A program made the position numbers and the translations under genes. Positions 37,102 to 44,615 of a DNA stretch of 64,000 nucleotides are shown piece after piece. How positions within the stretch are numbered: the first letter of the stretch is position 1; each line of letters begins with the position of its first letter. Origin of the DNA: Rhodothermales bacterium (GTDB taxonomy: Bacteria > Bacteroidota > Rhodothermia > Rhodothermales > BA12); NCBI GenBank assembly GCA_963841855.1, contig CAWJEJ010000004.1, positions 588,455 through 652,454 on the forward strand. The letters are read 5' to 3'. The notes under the pieces are model-generated. The model did no database searches. It worked only from the letters and a program-made list of their open reading frames with translations, and was not told the origin of the DNA.

Positions 37102-37260
37102 GGCATGGCCCGGCGCCGCAGAACCCGGCGCCGCAGGCCGACCCAGAGCGTCAGCGTTCGTGGCTCGCGCAGGCTTTGGCATATTCTGCCTCTCGTCCCA
37201 CACACCAGTCCTCAATTCTGGGAGCCAGAGCCTCTTCTGCCAGGCGCCTCGTCTTGCTGC
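37102..37260 (+). repeat. degenerate copy of the attC-like repeat
   Basis: Starts GGCATGGCCCGG (compare GGCATAACCCACGG) directly after the stop at 37101. Ends CCAGAGCCTCTTCTGCCAGGCGCCTCGTCTTGCTGC (compare CCAGAGCCTCGTCTGTTCTGC). The core TAAC/GTT positions are mutated. Confidence 0.3.
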
Positions 37261-37297
37261 TCTTCTTGTCATTCGGAGTGGATTGTGAGCAAGTCTA

Positions 37298-37522
37298 ATG
37301 ATCAGCCAGTCAGCGTTCCCGAGGTTTCGACCCGAACGCGAGCCGGAGCTTGAACCAGATACTATCCCCGAGTCTGCGTCAGCAGTCGAGCGCCAAGAAC
37401 CTGTGACCCGAGCGCTCACGTCGGACGCGGTAGCCGTGCCTGACGCTGTCCTGCTTCGCTCGATGCCGACCACGCTTTCTGAGTGGCACGAGCAGTACGG
37501 CGCGTTCGCCGCCAACCCATGA
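37298..37522 (+). CDS. possible small cassette ORF, hypothetical
   Basis: 74 aa acidic ORF (EPELEPDTIPESASAVERQEP...LSEWHEQYGAFAANP) on the same strand as the cassettes. No homology recognised. Confidence 0.25.
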   Translation: MISQSAFPRFRPEREPELEPDTIPESASAVERQEPVTRALTSDAVAVPDAVLLRSMPTTLSEWHEQYGAFAANP

Positions 37523-37683
37523 TACCACGCTCAGCTTCGCGCACTGGGGCAGGCGGCGGCTGGCAATTCGGAGAGAGGATGCCGGTAATGCTGAATTCGA
37601 GCTGGGTGCTGCTCTACGGCACGTTCGTCAACGGAGAGGAGGCTAAAGCCTAATTCTGCTGCGATGACGACAACGACGCCAAT

Positions 37684-37799
37684 CCGTAACCCAGCGCGTC
37701 CCGACTGAGGAGCCGACTGCGAGCGGCCCGCAACGCACTGCGCGGCGTACCGCGAATTGGAGAGCGAGCCGGACGTCGAGGCGGTGGTGCGCTGTTCGA
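37684..37799 (+). repeat. possible sequence-divergent attC-like site
   Basis: CCGTAACCCAGCGC...GCGCTGTTCGAA. TAAC-to-GTT spacing is about 110 nt versus 111-114 nt in copies 1-3. Termini can pair (AACcCAGCGC / GCGCTGTT). Otherwise little sequence identity. Confidence 0.3.
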
Positions 37800-37938
37800 A
37801 TCGTGCGAGGTATACCCGGTAAATGCGGACGGTGCTAGGACTGGCGGTCCGCGCTGATCGGGTGCGGCACTTTTGCTTCAGGCTCGCACCCTGCGCGCTT
37901 ACGTCGAAGCGACGATCACAGATGGCGTCCGCTGATCC

Positions 37939-40464
37939 CTACTGCGCTACCACCACGCGCTGCACCGCTCGAACGTCGCCTGCGGTCATCACGACGAGGT
38001 AGGCTCCGTTTGGCAGGCGGCTCGTGTCGAGCGTCAGTCGGTGCGATCCTGCTGCGGCGATGCCATCGGCTAGAACGGCGACTTCTCTGCCCAGCAGGTC
38101 GTAGACGCGGACCGAAAGGGGTCCCGTTCGGGCGAGTAGGGCGTCGAACGAAGAGAAGCCAGCGGCGGGGTTGGGATGCGGCGCTCCCAGACCAGACGTG
38201 CCAAGTGCCACCGCGCCCTCGCTACCTGTCGGGCGGGCGAACGTGGCGGTGAGCGATGAGGCAGCGCTGAGAACGACCGAGATCGAATCGGACGACGACT
38301 CAGTCTGCCCGGACCAGCCAGCGAAGACATAGCCTTCGTCGGGACGAGCGGTCATCTGCAGCGGCACGTTTCGGAAGAACGGCTCAGAAAACGGCGTACC
38401 ATCGGGCGCGCGCATTAGCTCGACGCCTTCGGCAAACACGCGCCCGCCGTCCGTCGCGCTGACCGTGAGGCGTACCGATCCGCTCACCTCGTCAAACTGC
38501 TGCGCGACGAACGTGCGCATTCTGCTGGGCCGATCGCGCGCGAAGGTGCGCATCACGTTTACCTGGGACTCCCAGCTGGAGCCGAACGAAGCCGACTGCG
38601 TCCACCGCGTCGTGTGGCGCGGCATTTCAGCGGCAATGTTTGCTTGCAGACTGTCGATCACGCTCTCGACGCGTAAGGGCTCGAATGTCGTGCCTATGTG
38701 CGCGGCCATGCGCTGGATAAAGGTGTGGCGAAAGCCGTCGTTTTCGAGCAGTTTGCGAAAGAGGAACGTCGACCACGGCGGGTTGGGCCATGAGGGACCA
38801 TTCGTCGCGGTAGCGAGGGCGAGCGTGTTGCTCGTCGCCAGGCCGCTGCCGTTGCCGCCGAATCCAAAATCCGTGTCGAAGAGCATCCACCGCCAGCGCG
38901 CGCCGTCGGTTAGAGAGCGCCAGAGCTTGAGGTTGTTGCCCGGCCAGTCGGCGTTGGCGCTATAGATCTCGGCGATGAGGTAGGTGATGTACTGGTCCAC
39001 GTCTATCATCCGGCCGACCTGCTCCATGACCGCGGGATCGGCCGGACTGCCGGAGTCCAGCAGATCGAGCAGGCGATCGTAGTGGACGGAGCGCCCACGC
39101 AGCGGCTCTTTCTCGGCGTCGAGAAGCTCGATGTCAGCCTTCTCGACGCCGTAATGGCCTACCACCCAGTCTTCGTTGAGCTTCTCGCGCAAATTGTGGA
39201 TGCCCCAATAGGCGCCGTTGAGAAAGACGATCGTCGGGCGGTAAGCTTGGCCGTCCAGGTCCATGTGGCGGGTGAGCGTTTGGATCATGCCGTCGCGAAA
39301 CATCGTCCGGTACCAGTCTTGGGCCGAGCTTCGGAGCACCAAGTCATCGAAAATGGCCAGATCCAGATCGGCGAAGAAGCGGTGCTCAAACTTCGACGCG
39401 CCATAGACGCTGCGCGCGTGCAGGGCCAGCGACTTCTGCGGATACAGACGGCTGCATCCGCCAAAGATCTTCGCGCCCGCGCCCTGATCGACAGCGAGGT
39501 CGAAGCCTCCATTGCCGTCGGGTTCGAGGAAGCTGAACTGCACCTCGCGCTCCCAATCGCGATTCCAGTTGACCGGGCTGCTGGAACAGCGTCCCGTTTC
39601 TCCGTTCGTACCTCGGACGTAGATGCCCGACGTGTCGCTGAAAAAGCCCGCCGGATCGGTGACGAGCGAGACGACCGGCAGCGTGCTCTGCTCGTCGACG
39701 AAAAACGTGCGCGTCGCGATGGGGCTGGGTGCTCGGTCCGGAGCGAATGCAGCGGCGCGCAGGACCGTCGTCGCCCCGAACGTCAGCGCGGACGAGTAGA
39801 GCGGAGAGGTGGCACTGGGCGGCGATCCGTCGCGTGTGAAGCGAATCGCCGCACCTGCCTCGGCCTGCATCTCGACGGTCACGGACCCGGCGTAGAAGCC
39901 TGTCGCTCGGTCTATCGTCGGAAGCGTCAGCGGAGCGCCCACTCCATCGGACGCGTTGGGTGCGCCGGGCGTCGGGGCCGAGAAGAACGCCCAGGTATCG
40001 GCTCCGTCGGGCGAGCGTCCGTACGAAACGTCGGTCGTCTGCTCGCCATAGGTCAGCGTGTCGACGGGTGCACCGCTGGCGTCGAACAGTCCGACCTGCT
40101 CGCCGCTGCCCGAGAGCTTGAACCCGGTGTGCAGCGCCGTCGCAGCTGGCGGACCGGTGTCCTCGTCGTCGGCCCAGACGATCAGAAAGCCGCGCGCGGG
40201 CACGGTCGTGCCGTCGGGAAACGACCACTTGGCAGGTTTGGAGAGGTTGTCCGTAATCATGAACCCACTCAGATCGGCGTCGGCATCGGACATGTTATAG
40301 AGCTCGATCCAGTCGCCGAAGCCTGCGAAGTCGGGATCAGCGAGCGTGGCCGAGTTGGAAGCCAGAATCTCGTTGATGACGACGCGCTGCGCCTGGACGA
40401 GAGGGGCGGCTATCAGCGAGGCCCAGAGCGCTAAAGTGAGGGCGAACGAACGGTTCATGCGCAA
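37939..40464 (-). CDS. secreted CotH-kinase-family protein with N-terminal lamin-tail domain and T9SS C-terminal sorting domain
   Basis: Signal peptide. LTD (VVINEILASNSATLADPDFAGFGDWIELYN...GFMITDN...GFLIVWAD). CotH core (RPTIVFLNGAYWGIHNLREKLNEDWV, YITYLIAEIYSANADWPGNNLKLWR). CTD LSVRVYDLLGREVAVLADG...LPNGAYLVVM. Confidence 0.85.
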   Translation of the reverse strand: MRMNRSFALTLALWASLIAAPLVQAQRVVINEILASNSATLADPDFAGFGDWIELYNMSDADADLSGFMITDNLSKPAKWSFPDGTTVPARGFLIVWADDEDTGPPAATALHTGFKLSGSGEQVGLFDASGAPVDTLTYGEQTTDVSYGRSPDGADTWAFFSAPTPGAPNASDGVGAPLTLPTIDRATGFYAGSVTVEMQAEAGAAIRFTRDGSPPSATSPLYSSALTFGATTVLRAAAFAPDRAPSPIATRTFFVDEQSTLPVVSLVTDPAGFFSDTSGIYVRGTNGETGRCSSSPVNWNRDWEREVQFSFLEPDGNGGFDLAVDQGAGAKIFGGCSRLYPQKSLALHARSVYGASKFEHRFFADLDLAIFDDLVLRSSAQDWYRTMFRDGMIQTLTRHMDLDGQAYRPTIVFLNGAYWGIHNLREKLNEDWVVGHYGVEKADIELLDAEKEPLRGRSVHYDRLLDLLDSGSPADPAVMEQVGRMIDVDQYITYLIAEIYSANADWPGNNLKLWRSLTDGARWRWMLFDTDFGFGGNGSGLATSNTLALATATNGPSWPNPPWSTFLFRKLLENDGFRHTFIQRMAAHIGTTFEPLRVESVIDSLQANIAAEMPRHTTRWTQSASFGSSWESQVNVMRTFARDRPSRMRTFVAQQFDEVSGSVRLTVSATDGGRVFAEGVELMRAPDGTPFSEPFFRNVPLQMTARPDEGYVFAGWSGQTESSSDSISVVLSAASSLTATFARPTGSEGAVALGTSGLGAPHPNPAAGFSSFDALLARTGPLSVRVYDLLGREVAVLADGIAAAGSHRLTLDTSRLPNGAYLVVMTAGDVRAVQRVVVAQ

Positions 40465-40577
40465 GAGTAGCGACGGCGAGAGGAGAGCGGTAGATACGAT
40501 ACACTCAAATCTGCGATCTGCCGAGCAAAAGTCGGTGCGAAGCGTTGTCTCTGGCCTGCTCTATTTTCCTCCCCGAT

Positions 40578-41150
40578 ATGATCGACCGCACGGCCCGCCT
40601 CACCGCTTTCGCTTCGATGGGCGCTCTGAGCCTCATGCAGGACCTGTCGCGCCAGGTGATGCAGTCGATCCCGACGGCCGACCCCGAAGTCGTCGCCGAG
40701 GAGACGCTGGCTCTGGTCGCCGTCTCCACGGCACGGGCGGCTGGCGTGGGCTTGCAGGCGCTTCCCGACGCGGCGCAGGCGGCAGCGGGCGCACTTTCGG
40801 CCCTGCCCTACCTCTACCGCGATTACCTGATCGGCGGCGCGGTCTTGGCGCAGAACGACCCTGAACTGGTGCAGGCCGCCCAGGAGACGCAGGCGCGGCT
40901 CGAACGCAAGATGGCGTTCTACAGCCTGCATCTGCCCGACGGACAGTTTCCCGGTCCGCGCGCGCTGGCCGACAAGCTTCCGCTGTGGATGGGGCGCGTC
41001 AGCGGACCCGGCTTGCCGACGACGCCTGACGAGCGGCTTGCCCAGCTGGGTGTGGCGGATCTGGTCCTGACGCACCTCAAACTCGTGCTCGGCATGGCGC
41101 GGCAGGAAGCGTCCGACGCCGTCGCCGCATCCGGCCTCTCCGATGCGTGA
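40578..41150 (+). CDS. hypothetical protein
   Basis: 190 aa Ala/Leu-rich helical ORF. Overlaps the next gene start by 8 nt. No family recognised. Confidence 0.4.
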   Translation: MIDRTARLTAFASMGALSLMQDLSRQVMQSIPTADPEVVAEETLALVAVSTARAAGVGLQALPDAAQAAAGALSALPYLYRDYLIGGAVLAQNDPELVQAAQETQARLERKMAFYSLHLPDGQFPGPRALADKLPLWMGRVSGPGLPTTPDERLAQLGVADLVLTHLKLVLGMARQEASDAVAASGLSDA

Positions 41151-42183
41151 CCTGATCGGCTACGCGCTCCTTGCCCTGCTTGCACTCGCGGCGACGGAAT
41201 GCGGCGCGCAAACGACGGCATCCGGGCTTCCGAATGGTCTCGTCGTGGCGTCCCAGGACAAACTGCGCGGCGTCGTGCTTGACGCGTCGCGCGATCCGGG
41301 CGTCGGCAAACTCACGCGCTTTTCGGACCTGGGCGCAGGCGTGATCTGCGTCGTCCCCTACAGCTTCATGCCGGACGCGCGGCAACCCGGCGTGCGCTGG
41401 CGACGCGACGCGCGGTGGTTCTCGGAAAACGCCAACGGTATTGCGCGCATGGCCGACGAAGCGCGCGCGTTGGGCGTTCGGCTGGCGATAAAACCACAGG
41501 TCTGGCTGCGCGGCGGCGCGTGGCCCGGCAACGTCGAAATGTCCACCGAGGCCGACTGGAACGCGTGGGAGGCGGCCTACCGTGAGTACGTACTGTTTTG
41601 GGCAGGCGTCGCCGCCAGCGTGGACGCTCAGGTGTTCGTGATGGGCAGTGAACTGGACCAGGCCGCGACGCTGCGCCCTGCCTTTTGGCGCCGCCTCGCC
41701 AGCGACGTGCGCGCGGTCTACGACGGGACGATCACCTACGCCGCCAACTGGGACCGGCTCGCCGAGATCGGTTTCTGGGAGTCGGTCGACGCTATCGGCG
41801 TGCAGGCCTACTTTCCCTTGTCGGCCAAGCCTGCTCCTAGCACTGACGACCTGCGAGCGGGATGGGAGCCGCATCTGGACGTGCTGCGCGGCGTCTCCCG
41901 CCTCACCGGCCGCCCCGTTCTGTTCACCGAAATCGGCTACCGCAGCGCGACGACGGCGGCGGCGCAGCCCTGGCTGTGGCCCGAGAACGACACGTCGCCC
42001 GCCGACGACGCGCTGCAGGCCCGGCTCTACGACGCGTTCTTCGCCGAGGCATGGCCCCAACCGTGGATGATGGGCGCGTTCATCTGGAAAGTCCACGTCG
42101 ACGATGAGCCCCGGCCGACCGGCTTCACTCCACTGGGCAAAGCTGCCGAAGCTGTCCTGCGCCGAGGCTACACCGCCCGCTGA
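41143..42183 (+). CDS. secreted TIM-barrel glycoside hydrolase-like protein
   Basis: Signal peptide MRDLIGYALLALLALAATECGAQ. VFVMGSELD, ITYAANW and PVLFTEIGYRS are consistent with clan GH-A acid/base and nucleophile Glu motifs. Family not assigned. Confidence 0.6.
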   Translation: MRDLIGYALLALLALAATECGAQTTASGLPNGLVVASQDKLRGVVLDASRDPGVGKLTRFSDLGAGVICVVPYSFMPDARQPGVRWRRDARWFSENANGIARMADEARALGVRLAIKPQVWLRGGAWPGNVEMSTEADWNAWEAAYREYVLFWAGVAASVDAQVFVMGSELDQAATLRPAFWRRLASDVRAVYDGTITYAANWDRLAEIGFWESVDAIGVQAYFPLSAKPAPSTDDLRAGWEPHLDVLRGVSRLTGRPVLFTEIGYRSATTAAAQPWLWPENDTSPADDALQARLYDAFFAEAWPQPWMMGAFIWKVHVDDEPRPTGFTPLGKAAEAVLRRGYTAR

Positions 42184-42201
42184 CCCTTTTCCCCCTCGCC
42201 G

Positions 42202-43224
42202 ATGTCCGACCGACGCCGCTTTCTCCGCCATTTGGGTGCCGCCGGGGTGGCCTCCACGCTCGCCCCACTGACGCTCTCTGCGGCGAGCCCGCCTCCACCC
42301 CGCACGCCCGCACTCGTCCGGCCGCCCGCACTGCGACAGGGTGGCACGATCGGGCTGGCGAGTCCGGCTGGGGCCTCGTATACGGATAAAGGATTGCGCG
42401 AGGTCGAAGCGCTGCTCGCCGAGCGCGGATATCGCACCAAGCGCGCGCCTAACCTGCTGGCCACCTATGGCTACCTAGGCGGGACCGATGCCGAGCGCGC
42501 GTCCGACCTGCACACCCTGTTCGCCGACGACGAGGTCGATGCCATCCTCCCGCTGCGCGGCGGCTGGGGCTGCGCGCGCCTGCTCGGGCTGCTCGACTAC
42601 GAACTGATCCGGGCCCATCCCAAAGTCGTCTGCGGCTACTCGGACATCACGAGCCTGCTGTCGGGACTGTACGCTCAAACCGGGTTAGTTGGCTTTCACG
42701 GCCCCGTCGCCACGTCGACGTGGAATCCGATCACGCTGCGCTACTGGCTGCCCGCCGTCGCCGGAGGCACGTTCGAGGCGGTCGAACCGAGCGAGGATCT
42801 GACAACGATCACGCCGGGTGTCGCCGAAGGGCCGCTATTCGGCGGCAACCTGACGGTCCTCTCGGCGCTGGTCGGCACGCCCTACTTCCCCGACACGACG
42901 GGCCACGTGCTGTTTCTCGAAGACGTAGGCGAGGAGCCCTACCGCATCGACCGGATGCTGACGCACCTGGCGCTGGCGGGCGCACTGGGCAGCGCGGCCG
43001 CCGTCTACTTCGGCGATTGCCGCAACTGCGAGGCAACCCAGGGTTTTGTGTCGCTCTCGCTCGACCGCGTGTTGCGCGACCACCTCGCCCCGCTGGGCGT
43101 GCCCGTCTGGAAAGGCCGCATGGTCGGCCACGTCGCCGACAAGCTGACGCTGCCCATCGGAGTCCACGCCCGCGTCGACGCGTCGGCCGGTACGATCCAG
43201 ACGCTCGAGTCGGCGACAGCGTAG
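42202..43224 (+). CDS. ldcA: LD-carboxypeptidase (peptidase S66) with Tat-type signal
   Basis: MSDRRRFLRHLGAAGVAS twin-arginine leader. GYLGGTDAERASDLH, LRGGWGCARLL, GYSDITSLL and C-terminal GHV motifs match S66. Confidence 0.85.
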   Translation: MSDRRRFLRHLGAAGVASTLAPLTLSAASPPPPRTPALVRPPALRQGGTIGLASPAGASYTDKGLREVEALLAERGYRTKRAPNLLATYGYLGGTDAERASDLHTLFADDEVDAILPLRGGWGCARLLGLLDYELIRAHPKVVCGYSDITSLLSGLYAQTGLVGFHGPVATSTWNPITLRYWLPAVAGGTFEAVEPSEDLTTITPGVAEGPLFGGNLTVLSALVGTPYFPDTTGHVLFLEDVGEEPYRIDRMLTHLALAGALGSAAAVYFGDCRNCEATQGFVSLSLDRVLRDHLAPLGVPVWKGRMVGHVADKLTLPIGVHARVDASAGTIQTLESATA

Positions 43225-43326
43225 CGCGGTCGTGAGTCAGCCACAGTCTGGGTGAAGAACGGCGGCGCTCCGAACAACGCCGTGCGCGCTGGGCTTCAAG
43301 GCGCTCTCCCAACCGACTTTTTCGCT

Positions 43327-44487
43327 ATGGCTCACGTCCCCGACACCGCTCGCTTCGGCACCCTCGCCGTCCACGCCGGGCAGACGCCCGACCCGTCGAC
43401 AGGCGCGATCATGACGCCGATCTACCAGACCTCGACGTTCGTGCAGGCCGGGCCGGGTGATCATCAGGGGCACGAGTACGCGCGCGTCACCAACCCGACG
43501 CGGTCAGCGCTCGAAGGCAACCTGGCAGCGCTGGAAGGTGCCACGGACAGCATCGTGTTCTCGTCGGGCGTAGCGGCGATGGACTCGATCCTGCGCCGGC
43601 TGCGCTCGGGCGACCACGTGATCTCGACCAATGATCTCTACGGCGGCACCTATCGCCTGATGCGGACGCAGTTCGAGCACCTGGGCATCGGGTTCTCGTT
43701 CGTCGACATGACCGACCTCGACGCCGTCCAAGCCGCCGTTCGCGACGAGACGACGATGATCTGGGCCGAGACGCCGACCAACCCGCTGATGAAAGTCGCC
43801 GACATTGCCGGGCTAGCCGCCATTGCACGCGATGCGGGCGCCGACCTGGTCGTCGACAACACGTTCGCGACGCCCTACCTCCAGAAGCCGCTCGCCCTGG
43901 GCGCCGATCTGGTCATTCACAGCGCGACCAAGTACCTCGGCGGCCACTCGGACGTGATCCTGGGAGCCGTCTGCACGAGCGACGAGAAGTGGATCGAGCA
44001 CCTGCGCTTCCAGGTCAAATGCGTCGGCGCCGTGCCGGGGCCGATGGATTGTTTCTTGGTCCTGAGGGGCACCAAGACGCTCCACCTGCGCGTCGAGCGG
44101 AGCCAGCAGAACGCCCACGCCGTCGCTGCGATGCTGGTCGATCACCGCGCCGTCGCCCAAGTCCACTATCCCGGCCTCGCCTCGCATCCGCAGCACGCAC
44201 TTGCGTCTCGTCAGATGAGCGGGATGGGCGGCATGCTGTCATTCACGCTCGCTGACGACACCGAGGCGGCAGCGACGCGCGTCTTGCAGTCGACGCAGAT
44301 TTTCCAGCTGGCCGAATCGCTGGGCGGCGTCGAAAGTCTGATCGAGCATCCGGCGACGATGACGCACGGCTCGATTCCTGCCGAGGAGCGCCGCAAAGCA
44401 GGATTCGTCGACAGCCTGATCCGCCTGAGCGTCGGTGTCGAGGACGAAGCGGACTTGATCGCCGACCTGGCGCGCGCGCTGGGCTGA
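43327..44487 (+). CDS. PLP-dependent cystathionine gamma-synthase/lyase family enzyme
   Basis: GAIMTPIYQTSTF, YARVTNPTRSALE, VVDNTFATPYLQKPL and HSATKYLGGHSD (PLP lysine) identify the Cys/Met metabolism family. ATG at 43327 chosen. Confidence 0.9.
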   Translation: MAHVPDTARFGTLAVHAGQTPDPSTGAIMTPIYQTSTFVQAGPGDHQGHEYARVTNPTRSALEGNLAALEGATDSIVFSSGVAAMDSILRRLRSGDHVISTNDLYGGTYRLMRTQFEHLGIGFSFVDMTDLDAVQAAVRDETTMIWAETPTNPLMKVADIAGLAAIARDAGADLVVDNTFATPYLQKPLALGADLVIHSATKYLGGHSDVILGAVCTSDEKWIEHLRFQVKCVGAVPGPMDCFLVLRGTKTLHLRVERSQQNAHAVAAMLVDHRAVAQVHYPGLASHPQHALASRQMSGMGGMLSFTLADDTEAAATRVLQSTQIFQLAESLGGVESLIEHPATMTHGSIPAEERRKAGFVDSLIRLSVGVEDEADLIADLARALG

Positions 44488-44560
44488 CCGATTGGCTCAC
44501 GCATCTCTTCGCCAGCCGACGCCACCGAGATCCGAGCAGGATGGGGACGACGGTGGCTGA

Positions 44561-44605
44561 AACCCCAAGCCCCAATCCGCACGCGCAGATCGAGGCTTGG
44601 GGTTG
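44561..44605. terminator. hairpin between convergent genes (candidate bidirectional terminator)
   Basis: AACCCCAAGCC ... GGCTTGGGGTT gives an 11-bp perfect stem with a ~23-nt loop. Confidence 0.45.
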
Positions 44606-44615
44606 GCAAAGGCGG

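Noticed and set aside
37036-37515. 159-aa minus-strand ORF and 82-aa/118-aa plus-strand ORFs across the degenerate repeat region
   Set aside because: Ser/Ala/Arg-rich composition with no start context. They overlap the end of the 36580..37101 cassette gene and the degenerate repeat, so they are treated as non-coding.
39082-40434. 450-aa plus-strand ORF and 280-aa minus alternative frame (39386..40228) within the cotH gene
   Set aside because: Shadow frames. The 37939..40464 frame has LTD, CotH and T9SS CTD signatures.
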